Position numbers and translations under genes: made by a program. A stretch of DNA of 33,375 nucleotides from Klebsormidium nitens (taxonomy: Eukaryota; Plantae; Klebsormidiophyceae), in the NCBI GenBank assembly GCA_000708835.1, contig DF237730.1, forward strand, positions 1 through 33,375, in the 5' to 3' direction. Shown here piece after piece: positions 1 through 11,100 of the stretch. Under the pieces are notes generated by a model that worked only from the letters and a program-made list of their open reading frames with translations, was not told the origin of the DNA and ran no database searches. Position 1 is the first letter of the stretch, and every line of letters begins with the position of its first letter.

Positions 1-497
1 TTGCTGTAGCTACGAAGGCCCATCAATGTTGAGGGCCCTTGCCACCAGATGCATCAGCAACCAGATCATGCAGACGTAGCTGGATGTGGCAGTGGATCTG
101 TGTCCAGAACCTTCTCATGCTGCTTTCTCATCGATCAAGGGACGGAGAATCTGAAGAAAAAAATCTGGCAGCTGCCACTGGCTTTTGCGCAGCCACGTTT
201 GCTCAAATCAAAGCCCACAAGGAATCTGTGACTCTGAGCTTCTGACATACGGTACAGTATGCAGTGATGCGGCGCACCCGTTTGAGCTGGAGCGGCGCCC
301 TTGCTCAGCCTGATCGAGCCTGGGCCAGGCCGCGGCCTGCAGTGCCAGTCACGGTGCGCCGTGGGCCCGGCCCGGCCGCGCCTCAGGATCAGGGCCGGCC
401 GCGCGGCCGCTCGCGGCCGACACTGAGCTGTCGACAGTGAGTCATTGAATTGAACAGGATCGAAATTCTGGAGCAAACAACCATCGTCCATAGGCTA

Positions 498-669
498 GCT
501 ACGGATGCTACTGGGGTCAAAATTTCGGTAGCTTTTCTGCCCCGTAGCACATTCCGTAGCGTCCGTAGCGTCCGTTGCTCTGAAATTGGCGATCTGTCGG
601 TCACATCCTTAGCACCTGCCACGTCGGATCCGAAGCGTCCGTAGCTCTCCGTAGCACCCAAAAAGCTAC
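498..669. repeat. Array of CCGTAGC/GCTACGG heptamers with internal inverted repeats
   Basis: CCGTAGC at 542, 554, 563, 639, 649; one-mismatch variants at 572 and 630; inverted copy at 498; gtagctttt 528-536 is the reverse complement of aaaagctac 661-669. Confidence 0.7.
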
Positions 670-1128
670 GCATGTGAACACAGCATTAGAAGGCTACAAT
701 TTTCTCCCTATTTTCTCTGCGTGGTGAGGTCAACTTGCAAGCAGAGCGGGTTGAACAAGTGGTTAAGCGTTGCTTGGTTAAGAGATCAGGGCGCCACATG
801 GTCTCGAGGACCGTCAACAAAGCCGGCAGGAGGGTCCGTCCGCTCCGTTGACCGTATGAATAGCTGCGCCCTCCTTTTTTTTTCACAAAAAAAGGATGTC
901 CGACACCCAGCTCGGGAAACCGGCGCTTGGAATCGAAACGTTGAGCGGCCTCTGACTAACCACTAACTATTGATGTGGGTTAGAACCTCCATCCAAGTAG
1001 AACCACCATTGTTCAGCAGAAGGCTGAACAATCTGTGTTCAGAATCGGAGAAGACGCCAAGCAAGAGAGCTTAGACTGCTAAGTAGCGCCAGTGCGGGTA
1101 GACGGACGGTTGACTTGCCATCGGGCTG

Positions 1129-4100
1129 ATGGCTGCCCCGGAGCTCCCTGCGGACCTGCTGCCAGCAGAAGAGGACCTGCTGTATGAGGAGGAAATTTTG
1201 CGTGATCCTTTTTCCCTGAAATTGTGGTGGCGCTACCTCCAGGCAAGGAAGGATGCACCTGCAAGGAAGCGGAGGCTACTTTTTGAAAGAGCAATCAAAG
1301 CTCTGCCAGGTATGGCCTCCAGCTGCCTGCCTCTGACTTTGGGCAGCCTTTGCTGGTAATGATGGCGGGGAACAACGCCGATTGCTTTCTTCAATTCTAT
1401 CTGCCTAGTGCAAGCCGGCATGATGCCATGAATGTTTTCCGGCTGCATTCGTTTCTTGCCGCCTGTGTTCAGTGCTGTAAAGAACCTGCTTATTTCTATG
1501 AATGGCAAGAGATTACCTTGGCATTCAGGCTTTATTTCTGTGGTCCTGATCATCTCAGTTTGTCAAGCTGCTAGCTATCGTGGAAGTTCGTATTTCCAAT
1601 CTGTTAGTGCTTGCTAGTCCGATGCTTCTATCGAATTCAAGATTAGAAGCTCAGCCAGCTGCGAGTCATTGTCTGTCGCAACAGTTACAGTGAGGTCACA
1701 GTTGAAGCCATGTATCAAGGGGGGCCCATGCTGAGCCTCTAGGGGGTGTGTGGCTGCAGGTAGCTACAAGCTGTGGCATGCCTACTTGAGCGAGCGCAAG
1801 GCTGCGATGCGCGGGCAGCCGCTGGCGCACCCTGGGTACGAGGCGCTGAACAACACGTTTGAGCGCGCCCTGGTGACGATGCACAAGATGCCGCGCATCT
1901 GGCTGGACTACCTGGGCCTGCTGCTGGAGCAGCGCCGCATCACGCGCGCGCGCCACACCTTTGACCGCGCGCTCTGCAGCCTGCCCGTCACGCAGCACGA
2001 CCGCGTGTGGGAGCTGTACGTGCGCTTCATCCGCCAGGACGCAGTGCCCGTGGAGACGGCGCTGCGCGTCTACCGCCGCTACCTCAAGTTTGACCCCACG
2101 CAAGCAGAGGACTTTATCACTTTCCTCCAAGAGGTGAGTGCCTCAGCATCAAGACGCAGGTCACGATGCTTCAAGGCCATGTTTGAAAGTACTTCTGTTG
2201 TAAGGTTGAGAAAGTCTGGTTTTTGTCACGACTGAAGGATGTATTCTTGTCTTGGCAGCTTCTTTCATGCCTTTTCCCAGCCTCTCATCTGTTTCTATGT
2301 TGACCGATCTTTGCTTTGCAGAAGGGACACTGGCAGGAGGCTGCTGTCCGGTTGGCGGACTGCGTGAACGACCCCGACTTCCAGAGCGTGAAGGGCAAGA
2401 CGAAGCACCAGCTGTGGCTGGAGCTGTGCGACCTGGTGACCAAGCACGCGCAGCAGGTGACGGGCCTCAAGGTGGACGCCATCATCCGCGGCGGCATCCG
2501 CCGCTTCACCGACGAAGTGGGCCGCCTCTGGACGTCGCTCGCGGACTTCTACATCCGCAAGGGCCTGTTTGAGCGCGCTCGCGATGTGTACGAGGAGGGC
2601 ATGGCCAGCGTGCTCACCGTGCGCGACTTCAGCCTCGTGTTCGATGCCTACTCCCAGTTCGAGGAAAGCATGCTCGCGGCTAAGATGGAGGCGCAGGTAT
2701 TGCCACACTCTGTTGGCTTTTCATGTTTGTTGCCCGAAGAAACCACCAAGAGGCCTCTGATTGTTATGAGTGTTGAAATGAAGGAAGTCTTTGTTCGCCT
2801 GATATGCAATCCTGTATTGCATATTTTTCTCTTGCAACATATGGACTTTGACGATATAGGACTTGCAGTATTGTGGATACCACGTTTCGCTATGTGTTGG
2901 TTCAGATTCTTCACGAAACCAGCTGCAAGCAAAGATTCATCTTGCGCAAGGAATGGTTTGTCAAACGTGTTTTCCTTGTTACAGGAGGATCTTGAACCAG
3001 AGGGCGAGAGCCCTGACGTGGACCTGCGCATTGCCCGGCTGGAGGCGCTGATGGAGCGGCGGCCGGAGCTGGTGAGCAGCGTGCTCCTGCGGCAGAACCC
3101 GCACAACGTGCACGAGTGGCACAAGCGCGTCAAGCTGTTTGCGGGGGACCCCACCCGCCAGATCCTGACCTACACGGAGGCGGTCAAGACGGTGGACCCG
3201 CTCAAGGCGCTGGGCAAGCCGCACACGCTCTGGGTGGACTTCGCCAAGCTGTACGAGAAGCACGGGGACCTGCCCAACGCGCGCGTCATCCTGGACAAGG
3301 CCACGCAGGTCAGCCGCGCAACGTTGTGGGACCCGGCCGAGATCAAGCGTCCTGGACTTAACTCTGTCGGCTCGTCTGGTCGTGTACTTCTGTGTAAGCC
3401 CTTCTCTTATTGGACTTTATCGATCTCGATATCGACAGTAGCACTCCGGGATGTGAACTAGCCTGGACGAATAAGAGCACCCGCTGTTGCAGCCTTTGCA
3501 CAGCGGGCATGCGCTGAGTGCGTGCTGTGCGTGTGTGCCACAGGTGGGGTACAAGGCGGTGGAGGACCTGGCGGCGGTGTGGTGCGAGTGGGCCGAGATG
3601 GAGATCCGCGCACAGAACTTCAAGCAGGCGCTGGCGTTGTGTCGGCGCGCCACGCAGCAGCCGCCAGAGACCCTCGGCAGACTCCCCGACGGTGAGGCCT
3701 CACTGCATGCCGCTGGCAAATCCAACATGTACTCTGAAAGCGGCTGCTGATTAGGTGTTAATGTATGAGACATTCGACCCCTAGGTATAGCCAAGTCAGG
3801 TCCAAGGTTGTGCAACGTCGTCTCGAAGTGGCTCTTCCACTGATTGCCATGCTTGCTTGGCAGTGTGAGGGGCGACTCTTGGTCCCGCCGAGTGTAGAAC
3901 CCTTGCGTGAGGCCCTCTGACTCGTGCGTGGCTGTTGCAGGTGGGGCGGACGTGCCGGTGCAGCTGCGGCTGTACAAGAGCCTGAAGCTGTGGTCCTTCT
4001 ACTGCGACCTGGAGGAGAGCCTGGGCGACCTAGCCAGCACGCGCCGCGTGTACGAGAGGATCCTGGAGCTGCGCATCGCCACGCCCCAGATCATCATCAA

Positions 4101-6688
4101 CTACGCCGCGCTGCTCGAGGTGCGCCGCCTCCACCCCAGCCACCCGCACTGCAGTCCTGCGTACTGGAGCTCCTTCACATCTACTTGCACGTCTGTTTCG
4201 CTCCTCTGAAATCTTACATGCAGGCCGCTTGAGAGGAGAGGTTGAGAAGGCACAGTGTTCGTGGAACTGACTAATTCGTTAGATGCGTAGCACATTCAAG
4301 GGCTGCCAGGCCCGCCCCTGCAGTGTATTGACCGTGCTGCTGTCGGGCACTGTCTGCGTGCAGGAGGCGAAGTACTTCGAGGACGCGTTCCAGGTGTACG
4401 AGCGCGGCATTGCGGTGTTCAAGTACCCGCACGTCAAGGACATCTGGACCACCTACCTCACCAAATTCGTGGCGCGCTATGGCGGCAAGAAGCTCGAGCG
4501 CGCCCGCGACCTCTTCGAGCAGGCCGTCGAAAAGGTGGGCACCGTTGCTTGCGGAGTCTGGCCAGGTTCGGAGAGTCGCTTTCAATTTTCGTCGAGTTTC
4601 CCGCTGCAAAAGGGCGCTTGTTGCGAAGAGTGCGGCTAGTCACCTTGACAATGTCTTCTTATATGGCGATGAGTTCCTTCAAGCAGGTTTCTCTCCCGAC
4701 GTTGCTCAGGGCATGAAGCTAAGACGAGTCTGGACTTTGTACGGCATGTGTGCTCGTACATTGCTGTCCTCTCCCATCTCGAATTCTGCATTGAGCTACT
4801 GGTGCTGCCCACCGTCTCATGAAGATAACCCGTGAGCCAGCGAAATAACTCTTGAAACGAACAGCAAGAACGCCGTCGATTGCCATCAGCCGGTATGCAG
4901 TGAGCCTCGAGGTCTCGTCAGCAAGCAACTTCGTGTGCAACTGTGATGGATCCGAAGGCCCAATTGTCCGAGTGTCTGGCTGCTACCTCCTATGCGAGTT
5001 TCTAGAGGTGTTGAATTGTGCTTGTGTGCGCAGGCTCCCCCGGATGCGGCTCTGCCGCTCTATTTGGCATACGCGAAGCTGGAGGAGGACTACGGGCTGG
5101 CGCGGCACGCGATGGCGGTGTACGAGCGAGCGGTCAAGGCGGTGGCGGACACGGCCCGGATGCAGGTGTACGAGATCTACATCGCGCGCGCAGCAGAGTT
5201 CTTTGGGGCCACCCGCACGCGCGACATCTACGAGGTAAGGCTCACGCCCTTGGCAGAGGGGACGCCAACCAATCTTGAGGTCTCTGTGCCTGAGCACGTC
5301 TGCTGATGTTGGTATCCTGTCTGCTCTGCTGCTACTCGCGCCTGGCTGATTCTTCATGGAGCGGCTGTGCGTGCAGGCTGCCATCGAGTCGGGGCTGCCG
5401 GACAAGGACGTGAAGGCGATGTGCCTCAAGTACGCGGCGCTGGAGAAGAAGCTGCAGGAGATCGACCGCGCGCGCGCCATCTATGTGCACGCCAGCCAGC
5501 TCGCGGACCCGCGCACCGACCCCGCCTTCTGGCAGGAGTGGAACGACTTTGAGGTACGGAGAGCCCCGCAATAAGGCCGGATAGTTGCACGACTGCTTAG
5601 CAACGGTCACCGTGCTTCTGGTCACCGTCCTATTTCCCAGCTGATGGGTCAACGCATGCCCATGTGTCTGGTCGGTTGGACAGGCGTGTCTGGAGCGGGT
5701 CGGGCTCGAGGAGCTGCGCTGACCGTCGAATTGGCTTGAAAGGACGGGTTCGCATCGATAAGAATCAAATTGTGATCGATACCCGATGGATGCAATAGCT
5801 CTAGACTGTGGGTCATATCTAAGTCCTACCGTTACACGTCAAACAATTCATACAACCGCGCAGCATGGAGACCCAGACTGGTGCCTCACTGCTTATCTTT
5901 CTTCATATGTAGAGACTGTTCAGTGGCGCTGCTGGTTCCTTCTGGTTGCCTGGAAGTTGCTCTGTGAGTGGACCCACGTTCGAAACGGTATGTGTGCAGG
6001 TGCAATACGGAAACGAGGACACTTTCCGGGAGATGCTGCGGATCAAGCGCAGTGTGTCCGCTAGCTACAGCCAGGTGAGCCGCCGTTTGGGCAAGCGTCG
6101 CAGGATGGGGCACGCCTGTTGTTCCCGACGCATGCACGCGCGTATATTCGATCCAGTCCACCTTCCAAGGAGCATGTTTGAACTCAAGGTCAAAATGTGT
6201 GCCGTATGTGGCCTGTCATTCGGATCCAAACAGGCTGACCGTTGCTGGTTCGCTGCGTGCAGATGCACTTCCGCATCCCTGAGCATTTGTTGGTCAAGAA
6301 CCAGCCAGTGGAAGGGCAGGAGGCAGCCGCCCGGCCTGCGGTGGACGGCATGGCGGCGCTGGAGCAGCAAGCGCAGCCGAGCACGAGCCCCGGGGTGAGC
6401 AGGGCGCCGCAGTTTGTGAGCAGCGCGAGGGCCACCGCAGAGATGGCGCAGGCCATGGGGGTGGACGGGGGCACGACGGAAGTGCCGCTGAATCCGGACG
6501 AGATCGAGTTGAAGGACGAAGACGAGGAGGAGGGGGGGAGCGACGAGGAGGATGGCGTGCATCTGGCACAGAAGGAGGTGCCGGCGAGCGTTTATGGGGA
6601 GCTGGCAGACAAGGCGAAGAAGCAAGGGGAAACCAGGGAGGAGCCAGTAGGAGCATTAGAAAGGATCAAGCGACAAAGACGACAATAA
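1129..6688 (+). CDS. SYF1: Pre-mRNA splicing factor SYF1/XAB2 (HAT/TPR-repeat NineTeen-complex protein), 11 exons, about 876 aa
   Basis: Exons 1129-1309, 1760-2133, 2322-2696, 2985-3308, 3544-3691, 3941-4119, 4364-4534, 5034-5234, 5377-5553, 6000-6074, 6263-6688 (2631 nt; all introns GT-AG; phases consistent). Recognisable SYF1 motifs: YEEEILRDPFSLKLWWRYL, ALPGSYKLW, NNTFERALVTMHKMPRIW, VLLRQNPHNVHEW, RLYKSLKLWSFYCDLEES, FKYPHVKDIW, YGGKKLERARDLFEQA, EIDRARAIY, GNEDTFREMLRIKRSV, and an acidic tail NPDEIEL. Confidence 0.97.
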
Positions 6689-8165
6689 AACGGGTCTGAA
6701 GGTTGACCAGTAGTTTGCGTCTGTGTACTTGTGCTACCTTTTGCTATCCTCATCAACATCACTGAGTTCTAGTTCTAGTCGTTGAGCAAGCTTGCTCTGT
6801 GTATATTTCTTGATGTTTGCAACATGTGTCGACACCACGTTGGATGAATTAAGCTGGCATTCTTCAAGCAGAATACGACTCGGTGTGCAACGCTGTCATG
6901 GAGGGCAATATTTCGATCGTGCCTGACTTGTTTGGCCAGATCTGTCAAGTCCGTTTCTCTTTCATGTGTTCCCGCGGATGCATTCATGTGTTCCCTAGTC
7001 CATGCTCACATTCACAATCAAGTGTTGCAAGTTGAAGAGCTCATGCATGCACTTGAGTGCAGATTGCATCTGCACTCAACGTTATGATGCATGCACTGAG
7101 ATCCGCCCCCAGTGCAATGCAGACTCAACAGGTTCTGTCCAAAATTCGATCACGTGCCAGAGTATCTGTCCAATACCGTATTCCTAGGTACTTCCGACTC
7201 TCACGCGTTTTGACATCCGATCCGGGCGGAGCTCAGCCGCCGCCGCGGCCGCCCCCTATAGGCCCACACATTCAATTGAAGCCAATGATTATTACATCAT
7301 GGTTATCCACGTGTCGAATGCTGGGGCTTGTTGAAGTCTGACTCTGCCGTGGCACGTGCGCAGACACGTGTTGCAACTTGCAAGACTTACCCAAGACTCG
7401 AGTTCGCCGTTCACCCGGTCGGTGCTACCGTACCGGTACCGGTCTATTTTACCGTATTGTCATGCAGGGCGCTGGCCTGCCCGGGCGGTGGCCCCTCCAG
7501 GGGCCCGGGCCCCGCGCGGCCTTCAAGTTGGCATGTGCCCACATGCTATCGGAGCGCAGCGATGCGTTGGGGGTCCGGCGGCCAATCAGGGTTCAGTAAG
7601 TTCGTGAACTCTCTGAACCCTGGTTTCGCGATGAGACCTGTGAAGGAACCCTGAGACGTCCGATGAAAGAACTCTCTGAACCCTCAGTGGCCAATTTTGA
7701 ATTGACTGAGCTCATCCTGTTCATCCAGTCAGTAGCTGCCTACCTAACGGACGGCTCGGATTGCTTCTAAAGCGCGGGATGTGGATAGGGACGACGGCAT
7801 ACACTGATACTGTTACAACACTGGCAGGGTGCATGCAAGTCCAACTTGCATGCCACCTGCATGAGCTGCACTGTGACTGTACCCTACTGTCTTCTTACGT
7901 CAGAGTCAGCAATGGCGCTCATGTAGGTTTGTTGCTAGTGCTCTTCTGGCTGCTGCTTAGCTTAGTTGAGGGTTCCTTCAGCAACCTGCTTCCTGTCTTT
8001 GGGGGTGCTCAGTTGCTTAAGTTTAGCTGCTAGTTCATCTACTAGAGCCTGTAGATACTGAGTAGGTTGAGCAAGTGCTGTAGCAAGGCTGGTGACAATT
8101 GAGGCTGGTTCCCTATTGGCCACTGGCCACAGCTTGTGCCATCCAGGCTCCTGAGAGAAGCCATC

Positions 8166-11100
8166 ATGGCAGCAGTTGCGGGGACAGGCACTGATGATCC
8201 AGAGCTGCTGGGTGTCCCTGTAAAGCATGAGTATCTCTTGAAACGTGCCAAGCAGCGCATTTCGACGCTGCCCGTCTGGAATAACAAGGGAATCCTGGTC
8301 CAGAGATCAAAGAAGAAAGATGGGAAGAGCCTTGAGGTTCCAGTGATGGGGCCTGATCCTGATGTCTGGCCGCATTGGATCATTCCTGGAGCAAATCCTT
8401 CCTTCCGGAAAGATAGCATTTTGGAAGACTGGTACCTCAAGAACTGCAAGATTGCTTTCTGGCACCCAAAGCTCTTCTGGTACGTGTTTTTCCCGGGGCC
8501 CAACAAGCTCAAGTGCCCGGACTGCGGCTCAGCAGAGAGGGTGATTGGAGATGGGTGGTCTCCAAGACTGCGGGCGGTGTGCGAGCTGGACGGCACGCTG
8601 TTCATCATAGACTATCGCTACCGATGTGTGGGCTGCCCAAGTGAGTAATGATAATGAGCTGCTTTGCTAAATCAGGTACACTTAGTTTGTAGACCTGTCT
8701 ACGTTCTTTGGAAATTTGTTGCTGGGTGCCTGCAAAGCGTTTACCAGCTTGCGCGTGCTTGACTTCTCCAAGCAAGGGCTTACCAGGACCACATGTATAT
8801 GATGTGTCTGCAGATGCCAAGGAAGTTTAGTTGAGGCTATGTATTGCAGCTTGCATAATTCCAACACAGGCTTTGCAGTCAGTCTCATTACAGTTTGTAA
8901 TTTTGCCTTTGGTTATGATTGCGTTCCATGAGCGGTACAGATTCTGAGCTGCTTTCTTTCCATATGCAGAGACCACGGGTCAGGGGAAGGACCGTTGCTT
9001 TTCCAGCATGCACCCCACTGTGGTGGCTGGGCTCCTTGCTTTCATCCAGCGGGAGTTCGAAGAGGCTTTTCTGTTAACGCACAGAGCTGGCCTGAACAGA
9101 GGGCTTCTCCACTTTGTTGGTGCTCTTGCTGTCGAGGGAGTTGGGTTCTCAAAGTCTGAGAAACTTATTGAGGAGAGTCATGCTCGGGTGTTCTTTTCCA
9201 CTGAGGAGCAGTACTACCTCTATCGGGAAGCGGTTGAGCGGTCGGAGAGGGGCAGTTTGGGGAGTTTCTTTGGGGCTGCCAGTTCTAGCAAGGCCCCTGC
9301 GTTCGGGGGCTTTCGTGCGCCCGATGGCTACCGGGTATACTTACCCAGTTCTGGCTACTTAACGACCGCCTACTTGGCGGAGTTCAAGCGGCGGGAGAGG
9401 TGGCTGCAGCAGCAGCTAGAGCGCGTTGACGGGAAGTATCAACGCTTTGACCATACTTTCAAGGTGAGGTGCAAAAGGTCTACCAGCAAAGCACTTGGAA
9501 GCGGAAGTTTGGCAGTTACACGTTGCTCTTCTGGATATTGCGGTGGGGTATGCAATTGCCAAGTAATGCAACCTAAGAAAGCCCGTAGGATGCTTGTTTT
9601 TTGCGGCTGAAATTGCCTTCACCCTAGCAGGTTTTGCCGCAGCCAAATGAAAGTGACGCTCATATAAGCATCAAGTAGCATGAAGAATAATGATCCTACG
9701 ACCCTGATGCGTTGTGCAGGTAGCGAAGCAGGTGCGCGCTGCTGATGGGAGTAAAGCCGGGCTCAGTCTTTTCACGGGGATGAACAGCTACGGCGAGATT
9801 ACTTGCCAGGTGTCGACGCAGACGACGTCCATCGACGAGGTGGTGCCAGTGCTGGAGGGGCTGTCCTTACGCCCTGAGCGTTTTGGATTTTCTGTGAGTT
9901 GCTCTTTTGATCTTCTATCCTTTCTCCATGAAGACTTGTTCAATTTCTGAGTGTGACTTGCTTCTTGAATGCTGCTTCCTTGCAAGGTTTCTTGTAGCTC
10001 TGGCTTTCATGCATTGAGCGCCGTCTTGCACATTGCATACTCACAGACTCTTGCACGCTGCGCACTTACAGAGCAAAAATCCTCCCCTGATTGCTTGTTG
10101 CCTAATTGCAGCCAATTGAGAAGGTATGGGTGGACAATCCTCAGACCTCCAAGCACAAGATTTCCCGACCCCTGAAGTTGGACCCCAGTGACATCTTGCT
10201 TGACGCTCTTCATGGCATGATGGTGGTGGCGCGGACCGTCCCTGACGATCATTCTATGAAAGGTAAGAAGCCCTCCTATTTTGGCATATGCGGAGTCAAG
10301 TGACATTCAATCACGGTGTTGCAACCGTCCAACATTGCAAACGCCAGATTGGAAAAGTGTCCAGTTGTCTGCCGGCATTGCAAAGTTCCTTAGTTGTCCG
10401 CTTATACCAAGCATGCTGCCCGCTTATGACCAGGATCAGCCAGCTTATGGTGTCCTTTTGGTGTATGGTGAACAATTTGAGTCGCAAAATGTGTTGCGTT
10501 GTTGAGAAACTTTACTTATTCAGGTCATCTGCTGTACTGTGCTATTCTGTTGACCGGCTTTTGCCTCCATCTCTCTCCGCGGCTGGCCGCTTATGTCTTA
10601 TAATTGGACGATTTAGGCTCAGTGCTCCGCGGCGCCTGCATGAGGTGCCGCTGAAAACCAGGATCGCTCAAGTGTTGTTCTCACTTGAGATGGTCGTTTA
10701 CCATTCATATCAGGTGCCCTAACGCCTTGGTGTTTTTCACAGGTCCGCTCATGACCCGGATGAGCGAGGCAGTCTTTGACGTCGTTGAGGGCGACAAGGA
10801 CCTCGTGGTGAACTACCTCCGGGGCCAAGGGCTGTCCAACTCGGAGATAAGCGCCAAACCCGCGTCATACTTCAAGAAGCACTGTCGACGGTTCATCCCC
10901 GGTCCCATGGTGCTCGCGCAACGCCTGAGGAGGGTGTACGAGACCTACCGCTGCTCCATCGACGCTGCGACTGGAGCACCTCTGTTCAACAAAGCGACTG
11001 AGAAGGCTTTCCACAACCTGATCCGGTACTCTGAAGAGGGTTTGCTCAGCGGTGAGAAAGCTACAAATATTCTGTGCCTCTTTGAAATTATCTGATTGGA

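Noticed and set aside
1-245. Short ORFs at the window start (39-245, 49-231) and a possible minus-strand acceptor
   Set aside because: No recognisable motifs; stops in all frames close to the candidate splice sites; cannot be assigned without upstream sequence.
498-669. CRISPR-like array
   Set aside because: The repeats are only 7 bp with irregular short spacing, there are no cas genes, and the context is eukaryotic.
1696-6656. Many long minus-strand and alternate-frame ORFs over SYF1 (and likewise over the hybrid kinase)
   Set aside because: They are shadows of GC3-rich coding exons, which lack stop codons in other frames; their translations are R/A/P/G-rich and have no domain signal.
7053-7100. 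Helitron 3' end (hairpin followed by CTRR)
   Set aside because: No CTAG/CTRR-T terminus at the usual distance on either strand, and no Rep/helicase coding sequence in the window.
7212-7221. gacatccgat matches the 5' region of plant U6 snRNA; ggcccttcgggcc at 14874 resembles the U6 5' stem
   Set aside because: The matches are about 10 nt, do not extend and are in the wrong order for a split U6 gene. No small-RNA target remnant could be supported.
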